Shown here piece after piece: positions 30,536 through 41,639 of a stretch of 64,000 bases of DNA. The notes under the pieces were generated by a model. It made no database searches and was not told where the DNA came from. It saw only the letters and a program-made list of their open reading frames with translations. Within the stretch, counting starts at the first letter, position 1. Each line of letters opens with the position of its first letter. Source of the stretch: Candidatus Poribacteria bacterium (GTDB lineage Bacteria; Poribacteria; WGA-4E; PCPOR2b); contig OZ244587.1 of NCBI GenBank assembly GCA_965218095.1, forward strand, positions 1,504,001-1,568,000. Reading direction: 5' to 3'. A program made the translations under genes and the position numbers.

Positions 30536-31123
30536 ATGGCATATCCAAAGTTACTAACGGCTATGAACCTCGTCTACTACTGCATGATTTTCCTTACGCT
30601 TTGTATCTTCGGCTGCGGAAACGGCGATGATGATTCCTTTGAATCAAAGCTTGATCCGGATTGGCAAATTCAGAGCAGCGCATTCGTAGAAGGAGGAGAG
30701 ATACCCCAGCGCTTTTCTTGCGAAGGTGAGGACATTTCACCGGCGCTTTCCTGGGCAGACTCACCTGCGCGGACCCAAAGCCTAGCGCTGCTGATGGACG
30801 ATCTCAACGCGGGCAATTTTACGCATTGGATTTTGTATAATCTTTCAACGGAGCTTCGCAAGCTCGACGAGAATATCCGGCAAGGACCAGCAGTCGATGA
30901 ACTTAACAGGGCGAATCAGGGCAAGACAGACTTTAGTCGTGACGAAGTCGGTTATGGTGGACCTTGCCCGCCGAGTGGTTCAAGGCACCGGTATCGCTTT
31001 CGCCTGTTTGCCCTTGATGCCAAACCCAATCTTCCGCCTGAGGCATCACGCACCGATTTTTTGGATGCCATCAACGACCACATTATCGCTTTTGCACAAC
31101 TGACGGGGGTATTTAGCCGATGA
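30536..31123 (+). CDS. YbhB/YbcL (PEBP family) lipoprotein
   Basis: Lipobox-like IFGC, ISPALSW, FTHW, YGGPCPP, HRYRFRLFALD; start uncertain. Confidence 0.85.
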   Translation: MAYPKLLTAMNLVYYCMIFLTLCIFGCGNGDDDSFESKLDPDWQIQSSAFVEGGEIPQRFSCEGEDISPALSWADSPARTQSLALLMDDLNAGNFTHWILYNLSTELRKLDENIRQGPAVDELNRANQGKTDFSRDEVGYGGPCPPSGSRHRYRFRLFALDAKPNLPPEASRTDFLDAINDHIIAFAQLTGVFSR

Positions 31124-31167
31124 TGGACTTTAACCTTTGAACGGTTTTGAACTTTTCAAAGGTTGGT

Positions 31168-32715
31168 TCACTGGAAATTCGGGAAGGTCAACGGCATATC
31201 AGTAAACACCTTTTCATCAATCGTCAAAACTCCCTCAACAATTGGTTTGAACCCCATCGCATTAAGGAGATCGCGCTCAATGTCGATCCCCGGTGCAACT
31301 TCCTTCAATACGATGCCCCGATCGATCAGTTGGAAAACAGCACGCTCAGTGACATATAGAACTTCCTGTCCCGTCTCACGAGCATATCTGCCGCTAAACG
31401 TAATCTGCTCAACCTGATTGACAAACTTCGAGGCAACGCCTTCCTTAACAACCCTAACCTGCCTATCTCGGATCTCGACCTCCGCCTTCACAGAAAGCGT
31501 ACCGCAGAAAACCACCTTCTTCGCGTTCTGCGAAATGTCGATGAAACCACCGCAGCCGGGGAGACGGTCCCCGAACTTGCTGACATTCACATTACCGTGC
31601 CGGTCCACCTGGGCATGCGACAGAAACGCAATGTCAATTCCCCCGCCCTGATACGAATCAAACTGGTACGGCTGATCCAAGATCGCCATCGGATAGTACA
31701 TCGCCCCGGAATCCAGCCTGCCCGCAGGGATACCGCCCAAACTTCCTTGCTCAATACTTAGGGTAATCTGATCTTTGATTCCGCTCTCCTCGGCGATCAT
31801 TCCAACCCCAAAGGGCATGCCAAACCCCAGATTCACAACGGAATCTGGATGTAATTCCTGTGCTGCCCGCTTGACAATGACTTTGCGCTCATCAAACGGA
31901 AGCGTGCCCATACTAAGGTCGCCTCCGCGGGCATCTCCGCACAGCGCCGGATCATAATCGATCTGATAAGTCTGCTTCTGATTCGGATCAAGGACAAGAG
32001 CATCAACGAAAATGCCGGGAATCTTCACCATCCGCGGGTCGATGCCGCGCTTACCAACCGTCCGCTTGACCTGCGCGATCACTTTTCCCCCGGAATTCCT
32101 CGCTGCCTGCGCCACCGACAACATCTCGAAATACGCAACCTCATCTTCCATCGAGATGGCGCCATCGGGGTCGGCAGTAGTACCACGGACAAAGGCAATG
32201 TTCACAGGAAAACTGTGATACAGGAGATATTCCTTCCCCCGTAGCGTAACCACTTCTACCAGATCTTCCGTCGTCCGTGCGTTGAGCTTGCCGCCCTCGA
32301 TTCGGGGATCCGCAAAGGTGTGTAAGCCAACATGCGTCACATAGCCCGGCGTGCCGGCGGCGATGCTCCGCATGAGGCAAGACAACGCACCTTGTGGGAG
32401 ATTGTACGCCTCGATCTTGTTCTCAATTGCGAGTTCTGCCATCGGCGGCGACATCCCCCAATGTCCACCGATGTCTCGCTTAATCAGGCGTGGATCGGCG
32501 AGGCGCCCCAGACCGAGTTTTCCCTGATTACCCATGCCGCTGATGTGAACGACCGTGAGGTCTCGCGGCTGAAGCGTTGACCGGAAGCGCCGCCCCAACG
32601 CTTCGATCAGCATTTCGGGGATGGCGTGTCCCGCGCCGCTCCCACCGATGACGAGGGTATCGCCATTTTGTACTATCTGCGCGGCTTCTTCTGCGGTGAT
32701 AATCGGTTTTGCCAT
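31168..32715 (-). CDS. Acyl-CoA:acetate/propionate CoA-transferase (YdiF/Pct-like)
   Basis: AYNLPQG, VGLHTFADPR, NLGFGMP, EQG, GCGGFIDISQNAKKVVFCG. Confidence 0.92.
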   Translation of the reverse strand: MAKPIITAEEAAQIVQNGDTLVIGGSGAGHAIPEMLIEALGRRFRSTLQPRDLTVVHISGMGNQGKLGLGRLADPRLIKRDIGGHWGMSPPMAELAIENKIEAYNLPQGALSCLMRSIAAGTPGYVTHVGLHTFADPRIEGGKLNARTTEDLVEVVTLRGKEYLLYHSFPVNIAFVRGTTADPDGAISMEDEVAYFEMLSVAQAARNSGGKVIAQVKRTVGKRGIDPRMVKIPGIFVDALVLDPNQKQTYQIDYDPALCGDARGGDLSMGTLPFDERKVIVKRAAQELHPDSVVNLGFGMPFGVGMIAEESGIKDQITLSIEQGSLGGIPAGRLDSGAMYYPMAILDQPYQFDSYQGGGIDIAFLSHAQVDRHGNVNVSKFGDRLPGCGGFIDISQNAKKVVFCGTLSVKAEVEIRDRQVRVVKEGVASKFVNQVEQITFSGRYARETGQEVLYVTERAVFQLIDRGIVLKEVAPGIDIERDLLNAMGFKPIVEGVLTIDEKVFTDMPLTFPNFQ

Positions 32716-32856
32716 GTAATGAACTCCGGAAAATCAAGACTCACTAACCTTCGGAAGGTTACAGGGTCGGCTGGCGAGGATTTTCGGCGTCAAATGTCCG
32801 TTTTTGTGTCGATGCCATTTTTCATGAACCCTGCGAAGGTTTCTTTGACTCCTGAG

Positions 32857-33855
32857 CTAATCCAGTGGGCTGCAGACCACTATGCCACCTTTGTTAAGCA
32901 CATGGGTATAGATCATCGTGGTACTCACAGCCTGATGACCAAGCAACTCCTGAACGGAGACTCGAAAGGTCACACCTTGTTTTGAGGATTGATGGACGAC
33001 CTTTCGAGTCTCGGATATCGTATCCACCTTCGATCAGATGCGTCGAAAACTGTGTTGGAATGTGTGACAATTGACAGGCTTGCTGATTCCAGCTAGATTC
33101 ACAGTTTTCTGCAAGCTACTCTCATTAATATGATGCCATCGCACTTCGCCGCTTCGCGGGTCTGTGGACAGGCTTTTCGCAGGAAAAACTACTGCCAGCC
33201 CCACTCTCGGTTCGCGCTCGGATACTTCCTTTCCAAAGCAAATGGCAGATAGACACAGTCATAGCCCTTTGCCAAATCGTCGTCATGGGTCAGTTTCACA
33301 CGGTTGAGGTGTTCCTGCAGGGGGGCTTTAAGGCTTCTGGTAAGGCGGTCACATGGTCTTCCATCCCCTTCGCATCACGAACAAGAATCTGGGCGCCCTC
33401 AAAATCGATGTCCTTGACGCGGAGTCGGACGCACTCGATTAACCTTAAACCATAGCCATAAAGTAACTTTGCCATCAACTGATGGGAACCGGACGTTGCA
33501 TCTAAAATCTAACGGACCTCGTCTTTCGTCAAGACCGTCGATAGATGTTTCGGATTTTTCGCTCACACCGCATCGATTGGATCATTGAGCGGCATTTTGA
33601 GCACCTCACGATACAGGAACAGCAACGCGATCAACGCTTGATTTTGTGTTGACGCAGTAACGTTTTCATTGACCGCCAGATGGGTGAGAAACGCTTCAAT
33701 TTCGTCGGGCCCCATCTCTCCCGGGTGCTGTTTATCATGAAACAGAATATATCGTCGAATCCAGTTAACGTAGGCTTCTTCGGTTCGGATTGAGTAATGC
33801 TTCAGTCGTTTTTTTGGCGGCCCCGATCAAGGAGTTTTTTGGGGCGTCGTTGCAC
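32857..33855 (-). pseudogene. intI: Integron integrase pseudogene
   Basis: [39 protein letters not shown], integron-specific [12 protein letters not shown]...WGWQ and TDPRSG insert, [18 protein letters not shown]; several frameshifts and stops. Confidence 0.9.
32958..33011. mobile_element. 54-bp miniature inverted-repeat insertion within intI
   Basis: Perfect 14-bp IR AGACTCGAAAGGTC / GACCTTTCGAGTCT, CGG on both sides. Confidence 0.65.
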
Positions 33856-34019
33856 TTTTTGCCTTCACAACTTTCCGTTGACTACGGTTTAGAAAGATTG
33901 TATAATTTCGTCAACCGTTTGATTTCTATTTTATCAGGTTTTGGAAATTGATTCAAGTGGGAAATTCTGGATAAATTTTTTATACGGAAAAAATTCTGGC
34001 ATAAAGGATTATACGGAAT

Positions 34020-34046
34020 TTTTTCCGTATAATCAAGAGTTAGCTG
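34020..34046 (+). other. Putative attI site
   Basis: AT-rich region upstream of divergent intI, ending in core GTTAGCT (34040-34046) just before the first gene. Confidence 0.55.
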
Positions 34047-34063
34047 TCAGTTCTGGGAGGACA

Positions 34064-34624
34064 TTGAGGATAGTCACAGGGAATCAGGCAAGAGATATCC
34101 AGAAGGCGATTCAGAGGAAGTACAAGGAGGTCTCCCATACGGCAGAAGACAAGTTCACGTATCCCACCGGACAGGAAGGTGCGGAGACCTTGGGTTATGA
34201 TTAGGCTTTGATATCCAGTGTCCTAAGTGACGTGCTCAAGTCGTTCTGTGGGGTTGGCAATCCCTTTGCATTCACAGCAGTTGGGAGGGGACGGACTGTC
34301 CTGGACGTAGGATGCGGCGCAGGATTTGACGTCTTCTTTGCCAGTCAGTTGGTTGGGCCATCGGGGCGGGTATACGGGATCGACCTTACGCCGGAAATGG
34401 TGAGGTGTGCACAGAAGAATCTGGCCAAGGCAGGCGTTGCAAACGCAGAGGTTCGCCAAGCAACGTCGGAGTCAATCCCATGTGAGAGTGCCACCTTCGG
34501 CATGGTTACTTCCAACGGCGTCCTGAATCTTTCACCTCGGAAGGATACATCATTCAGGGAGATTCTACAGGTGCTTCGACTAGGAGGGCGGACAGCCCAC
34601 ACAAGACGCTTTTGTCCTTCCTGA
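34064..34624 (+). pseudogene. ArsM-like SAM methyltransferase, first-cassette position, in-frame TAG and truncated 3' end
   Basis: KY..VS....KF.YPTG, SFCGVGNPF, LDVGCGAGFD, SNGVLNL; TAG at 34202-34204; start uncertain. Confidence 0.75.
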
Positions 34625-34664
34625 GATTGTGTGTGTGGGCCGCCGTTCACCGGGGGCGTTAGGA
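34588..34664 (-). other. Truncated attC-like site, minus orientation
   Basis: Minus strand TCCTAACGCCCCCGGTGAACGGCGGCCCACAC...GTGTGGGCTGTCCGC; right-hand GTTRRRY missing. Confidence 0.5.
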
Positions 34665-34927
34665 AGCGAGAGAAAAAACTGATTGTCTCTCATTGTTAAT
34701 CTGTGAGCCAAAAATCCGTTAGCCCGCCGATACGCAGAATCTGCCATCGGAAGAAATCCGTGAGGATCCTCCGATAGATCGGGGCAAGCTCTGAGCTTGT
34801 CGAAGGATTGCGGCCTGCCTTCGTTGTCACTACCTGAACGATTATGGGGATGATAACCACAACTGGAAGCGCTCCACGCCGTTCTGCAAAGAACGACTAC
34901 CCAAACGTACATCAAGAAAGGAGCACC

Positions 34928-35794
34928 ATGACCATCAGTCCAATTATCTCTGGCGAACCACTCAGCGAGGAAAAAACGCAGCCGATTGTTGAACAGTTCT
35001 ATCGCGATGGTTTCGTGCACATCCCGGGGGTGCTGACCTCCGAGGAAGTCACCGCCCTACGCGACAAAACCGACGAACTATTTGCTGACCCTATCCTCGC
35101 TGAAAGAACGAATCCGGAACTCGCCGACACAAGATACATCCAATTGAGGAAACATGAAGAATCCGGGGAAGAACTCCCGTTCATTTTGAGGAATACCATC
35201 GAACTCGATCGGATCTTTCGGGATATGCTCCTTCGGGAGCCGATTCTCAGTTTGGCTGAAGCGGTTGTAGGACAAGACTGTAAATTCTGCGGTCAAAACA
35301 TCCTGCGCAATCTTCCCGGTCTGGCAATTGAGCGATGGCACGTTGATGGGCAGGTTCATTTCCCATTGCCCGAGAATGTGGCTCGCCACGACCCACAGAT
35401 TCGGATGCCAGCTTTATGGCTTACCATACAGATGGCATTGACTGACATTGAGTCAATCGAGCAGGGCCCAACGCAGTACGTTCCTGGCAGTCATTATTCC
35501 GGTCGCAATCCGAACGATCAGGTCCACCCGGAGTTTGAAGGTCGCGGTCCCACGTCGGTTCTCTGCAAAGCCGGCGACATCTACTTGCAAGACCCCCAGT
35601 GCTGGCACCGGGGTGCCCCAAATAGATCCAATCGCACACGCTATCTTTTACAATCCCAGTACGCCGCCCAATGGGCATACTGGCGGTTTAGCTTGTGCAA
35701 CCGTGTTCCCGTTCCCGAACATGCACTCGAAACCACGAGCGATCGGCTCCTGAACCTGTTGGGTCGAAGCCGTCCGGACAGCTCCCACAATTGA
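34928..35794 (+). CDS. Phytanoyl-CoA dioxygenase (PhyH) family Fe(II)/2OG dioxygenase
   Basis: FYRDGF, WHVD, GPTQYVPGSH, WHRGAPN; AAGGAG RBS. Confidence 0.9.
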   Translation: MTISPIISGEPLSEEKTQPIVEQFYRDGFVHIPGVLTSEEVTALRDKTDELFADPILAERTNPELADTRYIQLRKHEESGEELPFILRNTIELDRIFRDMLLREPILSLAEAVVGQDCKFCGQNILRNLPGLAIERWHVDGQVHFPLPENVARHDPQIRMPALWLTIQMALTDIESIEQGPTQYVPGSHYSGRNPNDQVHPEFEGRGPTSVLCKAGDIYLQDPQCWHRGAPNRSNRTRYLLQSQYAAQWAYWRFSLCNRVPVPEHALETTSDRLLNLLGRSRPDSSHN

Positions 35795-36949
35795 TAGTTC
35801 AGGGGCGACAGTTTTTCCAAAATCAGACGTTAACCGCAATTGCCGCCTTGAACTATAGAAAGTTTCTCCGTGTTATGTCTTTCTGACTCATCACTTTGCT
35901 TCTTGCAACCTTCGTCGGGGGCAGCGAAACACGCGACTTCGTGTGGGGCTTGGGAATGTCCACAACTCTCTTTTCCAATCCGACTCAAAGCCTATCACCT
36001 GCCACAGCAAGTCTGCGTTTCACTGTGCGATGAGCACTTGCAAGCGAGTTGTCAGGTTGACAAAGCTCAGCCCGCAGCGAAGTAACGTCAATGACTCTCT
36101 GCTTGCAGATCTGAACCCAGTGTAAGCTGCGGCACATTGTCCATCAGAGATAGCTGAAGTCCCCTGCCGATTTCAATATCATTGCGATTCATTCGATTGT
36201 CATCCCAGTCCATAAATGACGCGTTGATACCAATACCCGGTTGCAGAAAGCGCTAAAATACTTTTCCTCTAGGAAGGTATGTTCCGCCGTAGGTGACGCC
36301 GGGTGCCGGTCCAAAATTGAAATCGTCAATCCCTTGGTTCTGATCCTCCCTCATCAACACCCGAGCGCCGGATGAACAGAATGGAGTCGGAGATCTGAAC
36401 TCAAAAGCCAAACGGCTTTGGCACCAACAGACGCTCAATTGACTCCTGCGTAGCGAGATTTGTCACGCGATAATACCATCATACTCGGGAGCATTGTTCG
36501 TTCTTCGGCAATCTTAGCAGATCGTGATACAGCGGTAGGGTTGAAGCCCGGGCAATGAACCAAAGTTTACCTCGTCGGTCGATTGAAAAACAGACAAAAC
36601 ATCACAAAGAACTTGAGAAAACTGCGCAATTTCCATACCGTCATGCTGAAATTCTTTCGTTCCCTCTCAAGGGTGGTATCAACCAACCCTTGCACACGGG
36701 GCCAAAGGCAACGCGGGAGACATTGACGGGTAACTTGGTACAGGCTCATGTTGCACACGCTGCGCATTCCAACGTATGCAGATAGTAACATGGGATAGAG
36801 TTTGTCTCCTTTTTAATTCTTGGACGAACCGTAATGCCTATTGGTTTGCAACGATTTTCTGTGCTACAAAATCCTTAAAGCCCGTGACATTCGATTCGGC
36901 TTCGTTCATAAACACGATTTTACACACTAACGGACATTTTTTAGATCTC

Positions 36950-38460
36950 CTATTTGACGGCGGACGATGAAGGCACCTTGGGGAGCTGGGAAAAGTCAAA
37001 TTCATTGCAACCTTCGGGGGTAGTAAAACGCCCGACTTCGTGTGGGACAGCGGCGTGCCCGCAACTCTGGAGGACTTCTCTCGCCCGCTCTTGTTTGGCA
37101 AAGTTTTCAAGCAAGGCTTCGGCAGACCATCGGGCGTGAATCTTCTGAAGACAGAATTTCACCACTTCCGCACAGTCCGGGTCATTTGCCCGGTCGTGCC
37201 GCTCGTCTGGGTCAACCTTGATGTTGAAGAGCTGACAGGATAAAAATTCGTGGTAGTAGTTCAGCTTCCATGGACCGGTGCGAATCATGCACGACGGTTG
37301 ATCGCCCCACAGACCGCAGTATTCGGCGAAGACCTCGTTAGACCAGTCTGGGATGTCCTCACCGGTAAGGAAGCCGGCGAAGCTTTTACCCGAAACGTCT
37401 GGCAAGGGAGCGGCAGAGGCGATATCCAACACAGTAGGCCCCACGTCAATGAGGCTGACGATTGAATTCTCCGTTTTGTTCTTCTGGAAATGCCCCGGCC
37501 ATGAGAAGATCAGCGGCACAGAAACTGACCCTTCGTAAAAACTGCTTTTCCACCACATACCATGTTCGCACGCCATATCGCCGTGGTCGGAGGTGTAGAT
37601 GATGACCGTGTTGTCGACTGAAGGCTGTGTTCTGATAGCCTTGATGATTCTCCCGACGTTGCGGTCCATTTCGGTGACGAGACCTGAGTAGGCTGCCAGC
37701 CCCCGGCGATTCTGTTCGGGAGTCAAATCATCCACGCCTCGACGCTGTCGCCACTTTTTCAGCGCCGGATGCAGGTTGTTGAGGTACTCCTGCGACTGCA
37801 GTTCCAACGGTGGAATCTGCTCCATGTAATACTCGAAGAGATCTTTGGCGCAAATCAGTGGGTTGTGCGGCAGTATTAATCCCACAACCAACGCATAGGG
37901 GCGGTCAGAATCACGTCGAGAGCGGATAAACTCGCATGCGGTATCCGTGACCGAATGGTCGAAAGCCTGATACCCTGTCTTCCCGTATCCCGACACCTCA
38001 ACAGCGTATTTCGTTTGCCCAGCGGTTTTGTAATAACCCGAACCAAGGATCTCGGGAGTCAGCATGTTTCCGCTCACATCTCCGTGGATGCACCGCTCGA
38101 ACCCGTGGAACGGGTCAGTCGTCCCGTCGTCCCAAAGTGCATTCTGCCGCAGAGGACCGCTTCGTATCCGGCTGCGCCGAGTGCATGGGCAAACGTCGGC
38201 GTCTGGGAACAGAAAAAGAAACTCCCAGCGTTGTCATAAACACCAATGTCGCTGGGATACTGCGCCGCCATAAACGCTGCTCTGGACGGCGCACACAGTA
38301 GGTAGGAACAGTAGGCGTTGGTGAAGCGAATGCCCCCCTCTACCAGCGCATCAAGGTGAGGCGTCTGCACGATGGAGTTGCCAGCGCAGCCCATGACAGC
38401 GGGGTTGTGCTGGTCAGACATGAGGAGGACGATGTTGGGACGTCGTGTGGATTCGCTCAT
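36950..38460 (-). pseudogene. Sulfatase (choline-sulfatase-like), frameshifted
   Basis: PNIVLLMSDQH, CAPSR, GRMHF, TSDHG, VPLI; 8-bp tandem duplication 38118-38133 shifts the frame. Confidence 0.88.
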
Positions 38461-38878
38461 GGAATTCCTTTCTAATTCGGTCTGTTTTTGGCAAAAGATG
38501 TATTGGTCGGAAAGATGGCAGACATTAAGTTTTCAACGCCTTGTGGGACGCGGCTTCTGGAGATCCTTGAATGCGAAAGGGGAAAGTGGAAACCCGCTTC
38601 CATGCTCCTCTGCCTGATATGGCTCGGATGAAAAGATCTGGGTAAAAGTAAGCGTGGGACGGGGGGATTGCCCAGCGAGTTATTCCGGTCAAGCGCTTTT
38701 TTTCTTTACGGTTGTGGGGGAGGAAGTCAGCTAGATTGAGGCGGCCCTCGCGAAACCCATGTCCCAGTTTGGAGCTTATCTCGGACAGGGGCTGGTAACA
38801 TAAGGTTGAGGGGTTTGTCGAATGACCCGAATGAGACGAAATGTGTCCACAAGGGAAAACTCTGTCATTACTGAGCGT

Positions 38879-39400
38879 TCAGGGAGCCCGTCCATAGATT
38901 CGCGTGTTTTCCACGGTGTCCGAAAATGGCCCCTGCTTATCTGTTTGTATTGTGACGGTGATAATGCCCATTTCTGTGTCTCGCTGCGGATCTTCGCTAA
39001 TCAGCGCATGTGGAATTTCTGCAAAAAGGATTCGCTTGTGGGTTCCTCCGATCACTCCCCAACTCAGATCTATGAGGCGCCCATCGTAGACTTTTGCGCT
39101 TTTGACACCTTGTCGCATCGAGTAGATTTTGGCGTTTGTGGTAAATTTGGATTCAGGGAGAAGACTTACACCGATTTGCGGGGTCAATATACTTTCGCTC
39201 AGGATCAATGGATTGCCCTTATTGTTAAGCAGAAGAATCCGGAAATCAAGACGGTTGGTCCGGAAATCTGATTCAACTTTAATCGCGGCGAAATTTTGTA
39301 TTTCACCGGTGCTACAACCCAATATCGCAATCAAGAATCCCCAGCCAAGCCAGTGAAAAAGCCTTTGTATTTTTCTGTTTCTGAAGGATGCCATGTTCAA
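38879..39400 (-). CDS. Hypothetical lipoprotein
   Basis: Signal-like N-terminus with ILGC lipobox; AGGAG RBS. Confidence 0.65.
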   Translation of the reverse strand: MNMASFRNRKIQRLFHWLGWGFLIAILGCSTGEIQNFAAIKVESDFRTNRLDFRILLLNNKGNPLILSESILTPQIGVSLLPESKFTTNAKIYSMRQGVKSAKVYDGRLIDLSWGVIGGTHKRILFAEIPHALISEDPQRDTEMGIITVTIQTDKQGPFSDTVENTRIYGRAP

Positions 39401-39547
39401 CTCCTGGCCGAATCAACACACACAATCTATTTTCATTAGTTGGAGAAATCTAACATTTGGAATTCGTAGGCTTCTGAAGTCTGACGAAGATTAAGAAAAT
39501 AATTCGGTAATAATCAAACCTTGAAAGGGTTTTAAACCTTTTCAAGG

Positions 39548-40375
39548 TTAACGGGAGTCTAATTCGCCGCTTTTCTCAAGCACTGATTTTGGCTTGTCGA
39601 GAAACTCGTTAGCGTCTGTGAATTTTTGAACATAATACCACCTTTTCGGCCGACATCGGTATATGGCTCTGCCTTTTGTCCCGCCAAGCTGAGTCACCGC
39701 AAAATACGTTTCCAGAAGTGGGCAGATTGGTTGACCTGTTCGGTAACAGATCAGCAGCGAAGATACGTTTGCTGCTTTTGCGGCTTGTTGGAGAAACGGT
39801 TCAAGGGGACCAAAATCAGCCGATTCGAGCCCACCCATCGGGTCCCAGTGGTCGTTGTGGGCGTATGGTGGATCTGCAATGAGGGCAACCTCGCCATCAA
39901 TCGAAGTCAGGATTTCATGAATCTGGGTCGCGTCGTGCTGGAATAATTCCACTTCGAGGTGAATCTGCTGCGCATGGTTGAACATCAACCGACACCGCTC
40001 TTGATAAACCGCCTTCAGACCATCATCCTCGGTCTTGTACGCCCTAATTGCTCGCAATCGTTCTGCAAGCGCGTTTTGGTCCTTCATCCACTGAAAATTT
40101 CGCCGTGCGGTATCCAGTACAAGTGGATCGATGTCTGACCCCAGCAGCTTTTTAATTTTCTGCGAGAAAAGGAGATACGCCGTGCAGAGGATGACCCCAT
40201 GACCGCAAAACGGGTCATAGAGCGTAATCACATCTTCCCGATCCTCAAACAGTAAGTTGAGCATCATGTGGGCAACGCGAGGTGGAAATCGCGGCGTCCG
40301 CGTTGACAGGGCTTGATAGAGTGTCTTTCCAACCTCGATATATTTATAAGTAACGGGACCTTGTGAACGGTGCAT
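39548..40375 (-). CDS. SAM-dependent methyltransferase, AviRa-like rRNA methyltransferase
   Basis: PRFPPRVA, TLYDPFCGHG, GSDID, ARRN, ADPPY...W. Confidence 0.7.
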   Translation of the reverse strand: MHRSQGPVTYKYIEVGKTLYQALSTRTPRFPPRVAHMMLNLLFEDREDVITLYDPFCGHGVILCTAYLLFSQKIKKLLGSDIDPLVLDTARRNFQWMKDQNALAERLRAIRAYKTEDDGLKAVYQERCRLMFNHAQQIHLEVELFQHDATQIHEILTSIDGEVALIADPPYAHNDHWDPMGGLESADFGPLEPFLQQAAKAANVSSLLICYRTGQPICPLLETYFAVTQLGGTKGRAIYRCRPKRWYYVQKFTDANEFLDKPKSVLEKSGELDSR

Positions 40376-40454
40376 AATGCGTGAGAGGTGGTGCGTATTG
40401 CGTAATGCGTAGAACGTAAAGCGTAAATGCTCCCCTGAACTCCTGAACCTTGGG

Positions 40455-41198
40455 TTATCTCCAAAAATCTGCGCTGAGGATCAGATATTCGCCCCAATCA
40501 TCACCTTCGTTGATTACTTGGTGCCAATCTCCCGGCAGCAGTTGTACAATATCCCCTTCGACGAGGGTGTGTTTCTCATCGTTGTGACGCAGTGTTACCT
40601 GTCCTTTGAGCATGTAGTAGATCTGCTCCATGTCCTCATGAACATGGTAGTCAGAGTGCTTACGCCCCTGCATAGCGTGCTTCGTGAACCCTGTCAACGT
40701 GCGCATACAAGCTACCTCGCCGTGACTGGTTTGCGTGCCTCGGGAGCGGTACACCGCCCAGATACTTGCGTTGTCGTGACCAATTAAAGGGCGCTGATCT
40801 CGCCAATTGCGTATCACGGCTTCGGAGGGGTTTGTATCATTAACCATACAACTGATAATCAAGAACTGCGCCCAATCCTCCGTGTTGTTGATAAATTGGT
40901 GTTTCACAGTGGGAGGAAGATAGATCACTTCACCCTCTCGCACTTCGTGTTCGACATCATCGATCCGCATAATTCCGGCTCCAGACAGGACGTAAAACAG
41001 TTGTTCCATGTCTTCATGCGCGTGGTAGTCGGACTGTTTGCGCCCCTGGATAGATTGTTTGGCAAGGGCTTCGATAGCTTTCAAAACAGAGGGCTCACCT
41101 CGCCAGCTTTCGTCGTAGTCAGCTGTCATCAGCATCCAAACAACTGCGCTTTCATGACCGACGTGAGGCGTTTGATCTCTCCAATTTCGTTTGAGCAT
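40455..41198 (-). CDS. Bicupin domain protein
   Basis: Two repeats of RNWRD...HxHEDMEQxxY...H. Confidence 0.85.
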   Translation of the reverse strand: MLKRNWRDQTPHVGHESAVVWMLMTADYDESWRGEPSVLKAIEALAKQSIQGRKQSDYHAHEDMEQLFYVLSGAGIMRIDDVEHEVREGEVIYLPPTVKHQFINNTEDWAQFLIISCMVNDTNPSEAVIRNWRDQRPLIGHDNASIWAVYRSRGTQTSHGEVACMRTLTGFTKHAMQGRKHSDYHVHEDMEQIYYMLKGQVTLRHNDEKHTLVEGDIVQLLPGDWHQVINEGDDWGEYLILSADFWR

Positions 41199-41437
41199 GT
41201 CAGTTTCTCCTTCGTGTTAGTTTTTGTACTTCATTCCTGTCTTTGAATCTCGTAAACAACCTCTTCGAGAAAATCGACAAATTGCCCTGAAAATTCAGTC
41301 GGGTGGAATTAATCTTTGGGATAACGATGTTTATGGTGGGGAAACGTCTTAACGTTGGTATGATGAGGGGCGTTGTTATACTTACAGATGATAGGACTAT
41401 ACCCAACGCTGCCTCAAATTACGTTTTGCTGTGTGAT

Positions 41438-41499
41438 TGTCATCCTGAGCGGAGCGAAGGATCTCTCGTCCTGAGATTCTTCGCTTCACTCAGAATGAC
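41438..41499. repeat. Palindromic repeat TGTCATCCTGAGCGGAGCGAAGGATCTC...GAGATTCTTCGCTTCACTCAGAATGAC
   Basis: Long imperfect hairpin; degenerate relatives near 25441 and 49586. Confidence 0.7.
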
Positions 41500-41639
41500 G
41501 GTTATAAAGCGCAGTCATGCCGTTGCTGAGTATATAATCACAGAATTCCTCAAACGAATTGAGTGTGACGCCATTGATCGTAATCGGTTTTTCTACAAAT
41601 TTCTTCATCGCATCTGGCCTCCATTTTAGGGGGTTTCTA

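Noticed and set aside
38510-38878. Possible IS4-like end and transposase remnant
   Set aside because: Only one IR-like end and no recognisable DDE translation
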